DNA of 64,000 nt, taken from IMG/VR virus record IMGVR_UViG_3300002498_000029; one strand, 5' to 3'. The stretch is from an uncultured virus (IMG/VR IMGVR_UViG_3300002498_000029) (lineage: Duplodnaviria; Heunggongvirae; Uroviricota; Caudoviricetes). The position numbers were made by a program, and so were the translations under genes. The notes under the pieces were generated by a model, which was not told the DNA's origin, did not search any database, and was given only the letters and a program-made list of their open reading frames with translations. This document shows positions 22,636 through 38,503 of this stretch, one piece after another. Numbering within the stretch: the first letter of the stretch is position 1; the number at the start of each line of letters is the position of its first letter.

Positions 22636-24435
22636 ATGGCAACAAAGCAAATAAAATACATAAACAGATAGTTTGATTCATTAAAAACAGACTTAATTAA
22701 CTTTACTAAAACTTATTTTCCAACTACATATAATGATTTTGGTCAAGCTAGTATAGGTATGATGTTTATGTAGCTGTCTGCTTATGTTGGAGATGTATTA
22801 AGCTATTACTTAGATAATAATTTACAATAGATGTTTTTACAATATGCTCAAAATTAGAATAGTATTATGAGAATAGCATAGATGTACGGTTATAAAGTCC
22901 AAATGACTACTCCTGCTAGTGTTACTTTAAGTGTATCTATAACAGTGCCGACGGCTACACTAAAACAATACATACCAATTATACTGCCTAACACTATAGT
23001 TAGAAGTGTTACAAATTCAGATATTAAATTTATAATACAATAGGCAATAACATTTTATACTGATACTGATCAATTATTATAGGTTGTACCTGGAACTGGT
23101 GATTATTCTACAATAACTAAATATGTTTCCGCTATATCTGCTCAAATTGAATCTGTATAGATATAGTGTCCAGATAATTTAATATAGTATTGAAGTTTTA
23201 CTATAAATAAATAGAAGTTTATAAAAATATTAAGTATAGTTGATTCAAATAATAATACATGGTATTAGGTTCCATATTTAGCTCAGGATTTTATAGTATA
23301 GTCATTACCAACTCAACAATCGGATTTACTATTAAAATATAATATCAATTTAAAAAAGGTATAGAAAAGATTTACAACTAGAATTATTGATAGTGAAAAT
23401 GTATAGATATTATTTGGATCTGGTAAAATAACATAGGATTAGTGGTATACTAATTAGCAATTTAGTATACAAGAAGCAATATATTAGAATGTATATGGCG
23501 GAGTTGATAATCCAATAAACTCAAGAATATTTTTAAAGAATAAAACATATGGATAGGCTCCATCTAATTGTACCTTAACTGTTACATATTTATATGGTGG
23601 TGGAATATAGAGTAATATTGCCTCTAATATATTACAAACCGTATAGCAAATAGCATTTCAATTTAATAGTGGCTTGGATGCAGATATACAAGGGGCTGTC
23701 TAGAGATCAGTAAATATTACAAATATGTAGATGGCTACCGGCGGGGGTAGTTATGCTAGTATAGATGATATTAGATAGAATATTAAATCTTGATTTGCTT
23801 CACAACAACGGTGTGTCACCGGGTAGGATTATATAAGTAGATTATATAATATGGCGCCATAGTATGGTAAAGTAGCAAAAGCTTTTATTATAAATAGATC
23901 ACTAGTTACACCAGGTAATAAAGAAAATCCATTAGCATTAAATTTATATGTGTTAGGATATAATAATTTAGGTCAATTAACATAGCTTAATTCTTTAACT
24001 AAATTAAATATATCAAAGTATTTATAGCTGTATAGAATGCTAACAGATGCTATAGATGTATTAAATGCATATATCATTAATATTAAAATATCTTTTGATT
24101 TAATAGTTAGAAAAGATTATAATAGTCAATAGATATTATTAAATTGTATGTTAGTAGTTCAATAGTTTTTTAATATAAATAGATGACAAATAAATCAACC
24201 AATAGTTTTAATGGATTTATATACGTAGATATATAATATCTAGGGTGTTAGAAATATTGATAACTTAGTTATATCTAATAAGTATAATGATGGAGTAAAT
24301 AACTTAGACTATTCAGATAAAATATATAGAATAATTCCTATAAATGGTATTATATACCCACCTAAGGACCCAAGTATATTTGAAGTAAAATATCCTGATT
24401 CTGATATTGTAGGAAATTTGATAATAATCAATTAA
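22636..24435 (+). CDS. Baseplate wedge subunit (T4 gp6/baseplate J-like)
   Basis: FDSLKTDLINFTKTYFP..YNDF..ASIGMMFM(TAG)LSAYVGDVLSYYLD; ATGGG; QQRCVT..DY; PSIFEVKYP. Confidence 0.9.
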
Positions 24436-24436
24436 T

Positions 24437-25930
24437 ATGGTTACTATAACAGAGTCTATTGCAACTAAAGGTAATTTATTACATAATCAAATTTAGTAGC
24501 TACCTATATCTGGTACTATAATAAATAGTGTATAGTAGTGGTTTGATGTTTTTTATCCTAAATATTCTAGTAGTATAAGTGTAACTGGATAGATATAGTC
24601 ATATCAATATTTATTTAATTAGGCTAGTTATATAACTAATGATAAGTTAATCTTACCAACTCCGGTTCAATAGACTAGTATGTCATTACAAAGAATAAAA
24701 TAGTTATTTACTCCAGAGTTAATACAGTCTAATTTATTATTAGATACTTGAATATTTAATGATACTGGTGATATATAGAATTGAAAAACTACTAATATAA
24801 ATGTTATTCCAATGTAGTAGTAGAACCATAGAAAGTTTTTTATAGATAGTAATAAGCCTGGGTAGTACGTTAGAACAATACTAAAAAATGTAAAAACTAA
24901 TACTAAAATTAAATTAACTGGTAAGTATAGAAGTAATATTAGTTTTAATATAGCATTATATGATAGTACTTGAATACAGCAACACTGGTACTATTATAAA
25001 TAGGATAAGCATTTACCATCTCAATCTACTTATAATAATTTAAACTAGATATAGTTTACAGATATATAGTAGTATTATACATTTCCAATGAATTAGTATT
25101 CTGGTAATGGGATAAAATATTAGTTAATGCTATGATGTAATGGAACGTATATATAGTCAAGATATATATAGTTTAAAGATATTAAGTTATAGTTATTGCC
25201 ATAGTTAAATGTTATAGATTATAATTATACTTGAGATAAAATAGATAATAAATACTATCAAATAATAACTCCAAGTAGTATATTAGGTGATACAAGATTA
25301 GATACAAAATATAGTTTACAAGATTAGCAAATACATTGACATAGATATTCTTGGCAAGACACTTCTACGTATGCATCAACAATATGTGAAGTCTCATATA
25401 TTAAACCGGGTGATGTAGTATAGTTTAATACTCCAGAGTCAATATACCCGTAGGTATAGTTACATCATTATATAACATTTGCAAGACATACATAGAATGT
25501 AATTAAATCATTCACTTTATAGATATTTGGTAACATAGCATTATATGATGGAGATAGTACTACACCAACACAGTATATAAGTCATTCTATAATAAATATG
25601 TATTTATATGGATATTCTGAGACATTTAAATATTATTGCTCTTATGGCAATCCTACATATCTTCCATTAGAATATTTATGATATACTAATAACTCTAGAG
25701 AACTAGGATATTCACCGGCAAATGGTAGTATAGCTGATTATGGTACAGACTATACAGACCAGACACAAAATAATATATTTGGGTATGCATCATATAATGG
25801 TGCCCTGATTCCAAATAATAATAGGTATAGCTTGTATATGATATTTCTTCCAAAGGGTACCACTAGATTTAAGATAGGTGGAGCAACAGATGTATTATAT
25901 TTTAATGGCATATACACAATAGAAGCATAA
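24437..25930 (+). CDS. Putative virion structural protein
   Basis: Long recoded frame in the baseplate module. Confidence 0.6.
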
Positions 25931-25932
25931 TA

Positions 25933-27147
25933 ATGAATGTAATACAATCTATCTCTAATTCATCATCTCTATCAAGAACTAACTAGGTTTTAAACACTAG
26001 TATAACATAGTTTGCATTTGATTAGAAATTTTATATTAAAGATATACCTACATTTTTTGAATACTATGACAATGTTAAATAGGATATAACTAGATTGTAG
26101 AATAATTATTCACATCAATACTTAGTTAATTAGTGTATTACTAAATATCCAGATAATATAAATATAATAGATTAGCATTCATATACTTATGTTATAAATA
26201 ATTTAAAATATAATTAGAATACAATATTACTTAATAAAGATTATAGTAAATGGTAGACTTTTAATAAATTATAGAATTGGTATATAGGAAATTCAATTAT
26301 ATCAAAAACAGCTGGTTACACTAGTGGTAATACTGGACTTATGGTTAAACAAAAAACAGATGATTATAACTATTATTGAATATCTCAAACTATAAAACCT
26401 ACAACAATAAAGAATTCATGATATAAGATAACTGGATATGTATATCTTATATCAAGTAGCGGTTGTCATATTAAGGTTAGAGATAAATCATTTGATAATG
26501 TTGCATATAGTTATAATGGTAATCATACTGACTGACATTTACAGTAGCCATTATAGTTAATCAGATATTATATAACAGGATCTCAAAATTAGTGAAATCC
26601 ATTTACAATATATTATCCTAATATTATAAATAAGTCAACTAATAAGTTATTTATTCCAACCTTATAGTTATTAAATATATCTACTAATAATATTAACAGT
26701 AAAGTTATTTGATCTAATATATCATATACTATTGAACCATAGAATAAATTATAGTGGTATAAATAGAATAGATATATTTATCCAAATAATAAATAGAGAG
26801 TTATATTATATATGCCAGATATGTATAATTAGAGTTCTGCTAGTTTTCAAATTACTACCGAAAATTATATTAAATCATATTATTATATTGATAGAATAAT
26901 TGAGAATAATAAACGATACTAGCTTAAAATACAATCAGCATATGATTCTGAAATAATTTGAATATATTAGATGGATATAGATTTTACTTGACAGTGTATA
27001 AGTTGTAATAATAATAATTTTACTAATACATATATAGTTAGTACACATATAGATATTAACACATATAATTACATATAGATATCAACAATATATTTAGGTG
27101 AATATAGCATATTACCATACATAATTCAATTAAGATAGATACAGTAA
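25933..27147 (+). CDS. Putative virion structural protein
   Basis: Long recoded frame in the baseplate module. Confidence 0.6.
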
Positions 27148-27166
27148 AGGAACTTATAATAGCTAA

Positions 27167-30100
27167 ATGATAATTAAAACAAATTTATAGCAAATACTAT
27201 CGTAGAAATAGTTATAGCTAATAAGCTTATAGTATTCTACTGATGTTGTTTAGTCACCAAAAAATGTATAGGTTCATTTATATGATATAAACAATAATAT
27301 AGTCGGTTCACTATATAGTTTAAATAGTAAATTATTACCTAAAAACTTAATTAGCGGTTCGCCATACTATTAGAATAATGGTATATGGTAGGGTGGATAG
27401 TATTCAACAATGTAGGTTTATGATGAAGGTAGGGACTATACTCTTATACCATCTGGCGGTGTATACTATTGATAGTTTATTAATAACACCGGAACAGATT
27501 TAAAGGATCTAGCGTCTAATGTTACAGATTTAATATTATTATATAGCCAAAATGTTTTAGATTATACAAGTATTACATATACATTACCGTATATTTATGA
27601 TTATAAAGTGCTATGAAATTTTACAACTAATATACTCGGTGGATATACTAATAGAGTATTTATAGATGACATATCTCCATCAAGAAAATAGATAAGAATT
27701 AGACCAGTATTATAGAATTAGAATATATAGCTATATAATTGGTGATTTAATTTTAATAATATATAGAATAAAACTAATTGTAAATATTTTATAAACTTTG
27801 GTGATAATTAGTTATATTTAATTTTAAATTGAGTATATGAAGAGAATGTTTATTAGGATGGTATTGGTAGTTATGTTATTAAATTATACTCTAGCTTACC
27901 TACTAACTATACTATAAATAGTCAATTATGAGTTGTATAGAATGTATTTAATGGTATAATATAGAATTTAAAAAGTACACCAATACAAGTATTACAATAG
28001 TTATCTGGTAATTTATTAAATACTGATAATCAAACTTATGATAGTACTTAGTATACATTGGGTCAATTAAAAACATTAAATACAACGTTTACTAATTATA
28101 ATACTGCTAGTAAATCGATATAGTTATCTATAAATTATTCTAACTATACTAATTTTGTCCACTATGGAAATGCAAAATCTATGCTGGATAATTTTATGTA
28201 TAAATATTCATAGCGATAGAGATTATTATCAACTAACACTACTGCTAAACCAATATTAGATTCGTTAACACCATTTTAGAATTATTTATTATACCATAAT
28301 AAGCTTATAACTTCATCAGTAGATAATTATATATTACCAGTACCTAAGAAAGAAAACTCTGGTAGCATATATACTTTTCTTTCAGTTACGTCTTCATAGG
28401 TAGTAGCTTGATATAATATACAAAGTAATTATGCTGTTGATTATGATTTAAATAACATACATAACTTAACTACTATTATTCCTACCTATATTAAAAATGA
28501 TTAGTTGAATGATGAATATTTAACATTTATACATATGATTGGATAGTACTTTGATAAGATATGAGTATATACTAGTAATATAAATAATATATACAATAGA
28601 AATAATACTATACCAAAGTAGTTATTGTTTAAAGTATTATAGAATAGTGGGTTCTAGATTTAGAATTATACACATTTAGATTAGCTTGACAAATATTTAT
28701 ATAATACTACTGTTCAATAGTATACAACAACTATGACAGGTAGTTTAAGATCAATAGTATTGTCAAGTTCACAATTATATATATCAACATAGAAATATAA
28801 TACGGCATCATTAACAGATCAATAGAAATGAATTAATATAACACCAGAATAGATGCGTATTAAATCAGATGAAACTGAAGATGTTAAGTAGAGTGTATAT
28901 TAGATTGGTAATCGTATACTAAATAATTTAATTTATATATTAAAAACTAAAGGTAGTAAACGATCTATCAATGGATTAATGAATTGTTATGGTATACACC
29001 CAGCAATGATATAGATTACATAGTAGGGTGGGCCATCACTGACTAACACTGGATCTAACTATTTAACAACCATACAAGATTATTCAATATGGTTTACTGG
29101 ATCTACTAATTATATATAGGTTCCAAATATATAGCATAAAAGCTTATAGATTAAAATAAAGCCAAGTTTATTATATACTGGGAGCTATTCATTATTAAAT
29201 TTAACTGGATCATAGGTATTTATAACTTATACCGCTAATTCATTAACAGCATCATATGTATCTAGTTCAGAAATATTAAGTTCTAGCATTGGGTATATTG
29301 GAAAGGAATATTTAACCTTAGCCTTAATACATAGTTAGAGTATATTTTAGTTATATTTAGGGTGTAATGATATAACAACTAATACATACATATCATCATA
29401 TGCAACCTCCAGTCTAATATCTTCAAAGAGTTGGTATGATAGTTCTACTATATTAATTGGATCTGGTAGTTATACAAATTACACTGGTAATATACAGTAG
29501 TTTAGATTATGGAGTTGTTCACTAAATAATTAGTAGTTTAACTATCATATGAAGACTGATAGAAGCTTATACTTGACTGATAATAAATCTATATATAATA
29601 ATTTACTTACATTATATAAGTTTAATGTTCCATCTAATGTAAATATATTAGCAACTTGCCATGATTAGAAGTATGATCAATCTACCACTAATGCTGGGCA
29701 GTATAAAAATTTTAGTAATATTTCAACATTCCCGTATAACTTTAAAATAGTATAGCATAATACAGTAACGATGAATTCTTATTTTACTTCTGCAAACAAT
29801 AAAATAAGAATAAGAGATAATTATTTATATGATAATGTGTTATACCAAGATATTAGTAATGATATATTTAATTAGGTAAGTTAGAATCCAGATAGAAGTA
29901 CAATTAATATGACTATTTCTATACCATAGATATAGAATAAATTAATGTATAATATTAACCCAGCTTTAGATCTATCACAAGTATATGGAGATTATAGGTT
30001 AAAGACAATAACAACATTATTACCAAGTTTAATATAGTCAATAAGAGTCGACATAGATTTATATAGATAGCAATTAAATGTATAGCAATCTGTTATATAG

Positions 30101-30568
30101 TACCAGAAATATTTTGATAAAACTATATTTAAACAAGTTCAAAAAGTAATACCAAGTAGATGTTATTTAAATAAGGGTATAGTGTATGGTAACAATGATT
30201 TAATTCCACTAGATATAATCAATACACCGGCAGAAATAATAAGTATAAATAATAATATAGAAACTAGTAAAGGTATATAGTATACTATAACAAATGTAAT
30301 TAATAATATTAATAACACTATTACAAATATTATTTTAACTTAGACTGTAATTAATAATATTAGTTCAAATATTTCTAATATATCTAATATTTATATATAT
30401 AATAATAGTGTTGCTAATGTAATTATAGAAGATACATATATACAAACAATCAATTTATATAAAACATATAATAATTATTAGACAGACAGTATAGTACGAT
30501 ATAATGTAAATTATACTAAATTAGTAGTAAATGATTTAACAGATAAACCAAACATAACAATAATATAA
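27167..30568 (+). CDS. Large baseplate/tail protein with LamG-like segment
   Basis: DISPSRK(TAG)IRI; NFVHYG; MIG(TAG)YFDKI(TGA)VY; KTKGSKRSINGLMNCYGI; YTGNIQ(TAG)FRLW. Confidence 0.7.
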
Positions 30569-30580
30569 GGAGTTTAAATA

Positions 30581-31174
30581 ATGTCATATACAAATGACTC
30601 ATCAACAATTAAAACAGTTTTAACCCAAGTTGGTAAACAAATGTTAGCTCGGGGAAAGTTTAATCCAGTTACATTTGCAATAGGTGACACTGGAGTAGAC
30701 TATAGTATGTATACACCAAGTGATCCACCGGCATCAACTGATGGGGCCGTGGTATAGGCTATACCTTGCCCACTACAAACATAGTTTTCACCATTTTATC
30801 CACTGTTTAGTAAATTACCAGGAGCGTAGACTACATATACAATGATTTTAAAGGGTAATACTTCTACATCATTCCAACTTAATTCTAGTAAAGCCTATTA
30901 GATTATTCCATAGACTCCTACCGTAGTTTAGACTTATAGAATGACTATAACTAATACTAGATATTTCAGTAATAAATTTGCAAATGCTAGTTTAGGTAGA
31001 TATACTGCAATATTATAGGGATAGAGTTTTATATTAAATACTGTTAGTGATATTACTAAAATAACTGATGTATACGGAACTATATTTCAAATTTCATTAT
31101 AGGGGTTGAAATCCGGTGCACACTTAGAATTAACATTTACTTATAATGCCGCTGGATAGCCAATTGCACTATAA
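30581..31174 (+). CDS. Putative baseplate/tail structural protein
   Basis: VLTQVGKQMLARG.F....FAIGD.GVDY. Confidence 0.65.
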
Positions 31175-31189
31175 TTGGAGAATTAAATA

Positions 31190-32086
31190 ATGAATGAAAT
31201 ATATACAAAAATTAATCAATAGGATATATTAGTAGGTAAAACGAGCACAACTAATGCAGATGTTGGAGCGACAACTGATATAACAACTTTTTATACAAGT
31301 TCTATACAGAAGGTAGCTAGTAGTTCTAATTATTATATTAGTATGTACTTGAGTGCAACTGCGACTGGATCATCTGATAATCAATTATTTGATATTGGGT
31401 ATGGTAATTATAGTAGTGCCGATTCTGAATCTAAAGCTAATTATAAATGATATGCTCAGACCTGTTTAGTATCACAGAATAGTAAGTTTACTTTAAATAG
31501 TGTAGATGTTGAACATATTGTATTTATAAATTATAATGATGTATTATTAAAAGATAGAATTAATATTAGTAATTATTCACTTACAATGGGAACTAATGTA
31601 TATACACCAGACACAGCACAAACTAATACTACTGGTATAAGTCCGTTATGTGGTAGATCTAGATATCTATTAAGTGCTAGTGTTCACGTTGGGTGACTAT
31701 TATATGATAAAAAATTAGCAATATTAGATGGAGCTAAAGTATCATAGTCCTTAGCCTTTAGTTGAAATGCTGATGCTAGACTTAATAATATTTCTTGTTC
31801 TCAATACATAAAAACAAATAGTTTACAATCTCAATAGGATTCGACACCAACTAAAGTTATTTGTAGAATTCCACATAGAGAGTGGGGCTCATCTAATCCA
31901 ACCTGAGTAACAGGTTCTAATAATACTATTATACATTCTGACTGGTATAATGATCCAATTGTATATTTAACCACATTACGAATGTATGATGAAAACGGCA
32001 ATTTATTATCAGTATCAACTATTTCTAACCCGATGAAATTAGATACATATAGCGATCTTAGTATAGCAGTAACATATAACATATAA
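31190..32086 (+). CDS. Putative baseplate/tail structural protein
   Basis: SNPT(TGA)...VYLTTLRMYDENGNLLSVSTISNP. Confidence 0.65.
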
Positions 32087-32088
32087 TA

Positions 32089-32778
32089 ATGGGAAATCCA
32101 ATATATAATACCTATATAAATTAGTTAACATTTTATAAATAGTATACCTATTTAACTACAGCGTCATTTAAAGCAGATGGGTATATACTATAGTTATATT
32201 AGTCTACATCTGTATACTATACATCTATAGATATAATGTTATCTCAATATAATAATAGTAATGTATATATACAAAATACATCAAGTTATTATTATATAAA
32301 TATTACTAAATAGGATATTGGAAATGGATTATTATAGAAATCAATACATTTAACTATAGATGGTACATAGTATATCGATAGTAACTTTACATTATTTTAG
32401 AGTGGTACATTAAATAATTGTGGTAATATTATATATGATGTTGGTACAATAATAATTACTTCTCAATCTGTAATAGATAGTATAGCGAGTAATCAATGGA
32501 GTTAGTTTAAATATAAAACAATAGTTAATATACAGTAGTATAATATATAGTGTAATATAAAAAGCTATTAGTTTAAATATTCTACTAATCCAACTTTATA
32601 TGCAACTAATTCAGTATTGTTAAGTCAATATACGGCATCATATCAACCATATATAACTACAATAAGATTATATGATAGTAATGATATTCATATTGCTACA
32701 ACAACATTATCGTATCCAATGAAAAAAAGTAAAGAAGTAGATCAAACAATTAAAATTAAGTTATTAAATTACATTTAA
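32089..32778 (+). CDS. Putative baseplate/tail structural protein (C-terminus similar to upstream gene)
   Basis: STNPT...PYITTIRLYDSND.HIATTTLSYP. Confidence 0.65.
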
Positions 32779-32793
32779 AAAAAGAGGTATAAA

Positions 32794-33147
32794 TTGGCAG
32801 CAACATCAACAAGAGCTCGTAAATCTAAAGGTATGCAGTTACAGAAAGACCTTAGATAGTTATTATTATAGACATTTACTTAGTTATAGGAAGATGATAT
32901 AAAGACTGCAGTTGCATCATAGTCTGGCGAAGATATAAAAATGTCCCCAGCTGCAAGGAGAAAAATACCATATAGCTTCTAGTGTAAAAGGTGCGAAAGT
33001 ATAAATATATACCGGGCGATATAGCAATCTAAACAAAATAGTAAAACTAATACACCGGCTGTAGTATTTAGAAAGAACCATATGGAACCTTGAGTAGCAA
33101 TACCATTAAGTACATTTTTATAGTTAATAAAGGATAAGAATGAATAA
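32794..33147 (+). CDS. Holliday junction resolvase-like PD-(D/E)xK nuclease
   Basis: RKSKG..LQ; GEDIKMSPAARRKIPYSF(TAG)CKRCE; PAVVFRKN. Confidence 0.8.
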
Positions 33148-33706
33148 ATTAATATTTTAGTCTCCAGGTAGTATATTTTTTAATAATCAAAATAATGTAT
33201 ATACAAATACTAAACATATTAGTTTTTTCTTTTATAACGATGTTATGTATTCTCAATTTGATACAATGCATGTTCAAATTATGATGGATTTAAAAGATGC
33301 AGATCCAATAATATTTAATAATTTAACATTTATGAATCAGTAGTTTCCAGGTAGATTATTTTTACTAGTTGGTACTCCAATATTAACCTTTTATTCATTT
33401 TGATAGTTAACATACAATAAAATAATATAGATATCTAATAAATTAAAATAGAAATATTCTAAATTAAGACCATTACAAGACTGATATATTAACTTGGATT
33501 AGACTTATTTAAATATGTAGTATAATAAATTATGAAAAGTATTAAGATTAAATAAAATTATAAATAATACATATTTACAATAGTTCTTAACAAAAAATAA
33601 ATATTATATAAGTCCAACTTAGGATAGATAGATATTTGTTCCATTACTTAATTACAAGATACATTTAAATAAAATAATTAGATTTATTGATAATATAAAT
33701 AAATAA
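33140..33706 (+). CDS. Hypothetical protein
   Basis: Open recoded frame; weak resemblance (H...GR.F) to 50573-51124. Confidence 0.55.
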
Positions 33707-33715
33707 AGATAATAA

Positions 33716-36271
33716 ATGTTAACATATACAACTATATAGAATTATGATAAACTAGCTAACTTACATCTAGTTGATACTTATATAGTTTAGAATTTAAACA
33801 CACAAAAATATTTTAAAATACTAGACTTACCAAAAGTATTGGCTTATGGTATTTAGTCTTTTAAAATAGATATATAGAAAGAATGCTTTTAGACTGGAAC
33901 TCAATTACAAGTATAGTTAATAGATAGTACTGGTAAAACAATATTTACTAAATACTATCCAGTAATAATAGATTTTAGTAGATTAATAACAATAATATTA
34001 GATAAAAGTACCGCCGCTGGTACAGCAGTATTAACAATACTTGGTACTTTAAAATCAAATTTAGTACCACAATAGTGACAAAATAAAATAAATGCCAAGT
34101 TCACATAGTATTTAATAGTAAACCCATATTAGATAAATAAGTCACCATTATATTTTATAGGTGAACCAATATGTAATATACAATAGACTAGAGTACAACA
34201 ATTTAAACCATAGTATATAAACAGTAGTAGACAAAATTATATTACCGGGTCCTGTTATGGTGGATTTAATGTAAATCAGAAGTTATATAAAGTATAGATA
34301 AATAAAGTATAGTTAGATTTAACTACTATAGATATGGCAACAACAATCTATATAGATAAATATAATTATACTGGTAGCATTATTAGTTCAAGTAATAATG
34401 ATATTTTTTTAAATACACCAGTAATTGATTCTAAATATAATTTAATATAGCTAAGGCAATAGCCATATATATTATATTATATATAGAATTATATATCATC
34501 AGCTTCTACTAGTAATTATAAATCATTTATTAATTGTAATATATATTTTACATTAATATCTGGATATTTAAACTAGATAAATATTTATGCAAGAAACAGT
34601 GGTAATATAAATAAATAGTACTTCTATGTTGGTAATAGTAAAACAACATAGATAGTTAATAATAATTATTAGTTTATGGTATAGCTTCCAAATTGATCTA
34701 GATACTAGGTATATGATTTTAAAGTATAGTATATAAACCAAAATAATATTAAATCACCGTATATATCATACGTTTATGATGTATATTTTACAGGTAGTAA
34801 TACTTATATAGAAGGTGATGATAATTTATTAACTGGGTCTTTATCTATTGGTAGATCAGTCGGTGAGGGTATATAGATGTCTGGTAAAAATTCAGCATAT
34901 ATAAGATCTATTGGTTATTAGGGTTGACAAAGAGCATCAAACTTTAGTGGATCGATTTATGGAACTAGTTTATACGGAATAAGTTCATCAATATATGGTA
35001 CTGCAAGTCCAGGTGGGTTTATCTTATGGAGTGGTAGTATAGTTCTTCCAAATTGCTCTGAAATATATAGTGGTGTTGGGCTATAGATACATGATGGTTT
35101 AAATGAAAATTATTTTAGATTTAGATCTAACCCATCATTATTAGAGATTAAAACTGATACATTCTTTTTTGGTAAAGAAGGCTTACAATATATTAGTGGA
35201 TCTGGTGGAGTTTTATAGATAAGTAGTAGTAACTTTTTACTAAGTAGCAGTGGTGATGTTTATATTAGTGGTACTATTAATGCTACAGATGGTAATATTG
35301 GTGGTTGAGTAATTAATTCGAGTAGTATATATAAGGATAATACTAGAATTGATAGTGAAGAACAAGCATTTATAGTAAAGAATAGTACAAACAAATAGTT
35401 AGTAAAGGTTGGTGATATAAGCTTACCAAATATTCAATAGTGTATAATATTGTTTAATAATAATGATTTTAGTTTGAACACTACTCAATCTTGAATACTA
35501 ACATATGATCCAGAATATATGAATACTACTATTCAATATGATACTGAGTTAAACAAATCAGTTTTAAGGTTGTTAATTCCAATATAGGGTACTAGTTGGA
35601 GTATGACAAATTACCTAACAGGATCATTATATATTGGGGATCAAATAAGTATTGATGTATTAGTAAAAAATAGTGAGAGAGCGGCAGATTTAGGTATTTA
35701 GTTGTATGAAAATGATGCTGCAATTTATGGATGAAAATGCTCTACTGAAGTAAGTTCCTAGTGAACAAAATATAATGTAGTAACAGATTTTACAGTACTA
35801 TAGGAATATAATAGCTGCTCAATCTAGTTATTAGCAGATAGCTTTTTCAATGATTTTTATATATCTACTGTATATTTAACAGTTATTAGATCAAGTAGCT
35901 TATATTTATCTCCAGAAGGATTACATTTTCAAATTGACAGTGATCAATATATAAGAATGGATGAAAATGGTATTAATTTAAAAAATATAAATGTAGTACC
36001 ACAATATACTGAATTAATCGGCCGTGATAATTATATTATACAAAATAAATCAGATACTGGATCTATGTAGGTATTATTTGGAGATATAAATTCACAATAT
36101 TTTAAATCAACTAATAAATCAATATAGATTAGTAGTAGCTTATTCTTTTTATCAAGTAGTGGTGAATTATATATACAAGGGTTAAATAGTTCATCAATAC
36201 AATACTTCATTAGTCCAGATGAACCAAATGAATCCAGTGGGTCAAACGGTGATATATGAATTCAAATATAA
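33716..36271 (+). CDS. Tail fibre/tail-associated protein
   Basis: GTINATDGNIGG(TGA)VIN; C-terminal P..SSGSNGDI(TGA)IQI. Confidence 0.7.
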
Positions 36272-36298
36272 TAATAACATAAAGGGAGTTAAAATATA

Positions 36299-37417
36299 AT
36301 GTTTAACTGAATAAACAACTTTAACATATTAGATTATATGACATCTAATATAACTGGATAGATTAAAATTTATGATCTATAGGGTAATCTGGAACATACT
36401 CAGGATATGCATACTGTAAATTAGAATTTTTTGTGAGTCATGTACAATAAGTGTTTTCATGAAGGATTATTGACAACTAATATAGATATTGTAAACAACT
36501 TAAATGGACCTGTAGATAATTGATGAGATACACATTTTATGTCTCAGTCACTGAGTTCTGCATCATACTGTGGACTAACTTTAGCAACAGGATCTAATAG
36601 TACAAATACAGATTGATATACACTTAATGGTCCAATTATTACATCAAGCGTACTGCTAGGTAAACCGTCAATTATCTATAGATCAGCATCAGCTGAATCC
36701 CCAACAGCATCAGTTGGTATCAGAAGACAATTTACAGTAACAGAATCATGCACGGATACGTTTAGTATTAGCCATATGGGATTAACAGGAAGAATAAGTG
36801 ATACTTAGTATGTTCTATGGAGTAAGGATAAGTTAGCTACATCGATGTCAATTAGCAGAACACAAGGAAAGGTATTAGAGGTTGATATAAATTTCCCTGT
36901 ATAGATTGGTAAGCCTATATCAGCAATGGTAGCAAGTGCATTTGGTTATGAAAGTAATAGTATTTCTATTAATACTGTGGCAAATGTTGGACAGTCTGGA
37001 AGTGGACTACCAACTTATATCTATATGTCAGGGTCACTAAATAGTCACACATCTGGAGTATTAATTGGATCAAGTAGTATAGGTACACTATATAATACAT
37101 ATAAATTATAGGGAATATGCTCAACATTTTCTGCATCAGTATCTTCAGCAAGTGCAGGATCTTATACATAGGGAATTACTACATATAAAGCAGTTCAATC
37201 ATATCGTGAATTTACTGCTACTGAAACTAAAAATATATCTGAGATAGGTATATATGGATACTCTGGAAGCCATCAATATATGTTATTTAGAACAACTGCC
37301 AGTGCATATCAAGTTTTAACAGGTGATGAAATTAAAACAACTATTTATTTAGCTGTTGATACTAGAAATGATAGTGGAGCCCCAACACCAGTACCTACTG
37401 GTAGTATTGAAGATTAA
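36299..37417 (+). CDS. Tail-associated protein, TQDMHT paralog 1
   Basis: Shares TQDMHTxNENF, YCG.TLATGS, WYTLN, HMGL, WSKDKL, EIG with the next three genes. Confidence 0.75.
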
Positions 37418-37423
37418 TCTTAA

Positions 37424-38503
37424 ATGTTTAGTGTACAAAGTTATGTATATGGAGAAATTTAGATATATGATTTAAACGGTATAAGATTATATACTCAAGA
37501 CATGCATACTATAAATTAGAATTTTTTGCATGTTATGTATAATCTTTGCTTTAAATCAGGTAGTGGACAAGCTAATACACCCGTTGTAAATAATACTAAT
37601 ACTAGTGCTAATAGTTACTGACAAACACACTATGTGTCTCAGTCTATTAGCACTAGTTCTTATTATGGTATAACATTGGCCACCGGTAGTCATATTACTA
37701 CTAATGATTGATATACTTTAAATGGAGTGTTGATAACATCTAGTCTAACTTTAGCCTCTCCTACATATACCTATACACAATTAACTACATATCGTCAATT
37801 ATCAATAGGTCAAAGCTTTACAGTATCTGAATCTTGTGAAGACTCCTTTACAATTACACATATGGGATTAACAGGAAGAGTAAGTGATACTTAGTATGTT
37901 TTATGGACTAAGGATAAATTAACTACACCTATTATACTAAATAGAGATTTTGGTAAAATATTTTATATAAATATAAAATTTGAAAATAATATTATAAGAC
38001 CAATTCCTATTATGGTATCTCAAGCATTTGGAATTAATTCTGGTAGCTTATCTTTAATTACTACTACTAATGTTACTCAAACTGGAAATACTTTACCACA
38101 GATAATATATGTTTCAAGTTCATTAAATGATAATACTAGTGGTATGATAGTTGGTACAAATAATACACCAGTAAGTAATTTAACATATCAAATGGGTAGT
38201 ATATCGCATTTCAGTGGATCCGTTTGTAAATCTAATTTAGATTATTATAAATGACCTCTAAATACAAACTATTTTAGAAGTATTTTTACCTATAGACAAT
38301 TTATAGCAGCTAGTAAATAGACAATTTCTTAGATAGGAATATATGGATATTCTGGAAGCTATAAATATTTATTATTTCGTACTGTATAGACATAGCCATT
38401 TTTAGTATATAAAGATGATATAATATCAATTAGTTGTAGTTTATTTATTTAGACAGTAAGTGGTTCTACTACTATTGCAACATATAGCCCTGGAGCAGTA
38501 TAA
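37424..38503 (+). CDS. Tail-associated protein, TQDMHT paralog 2
   Basis: Shared motifs. Confidence 0.75.

Noticed and set aside
3215..33147. TAG=Gln (table 15), the usual phage amber reassignment
   Set aside because: TAG occupies acidic catalytic positions (TOPRIM E, Walker B DE, ExK, NPEFL) and alternates with GAA in paralogs; conserved Gln positions use CAA/CAG.
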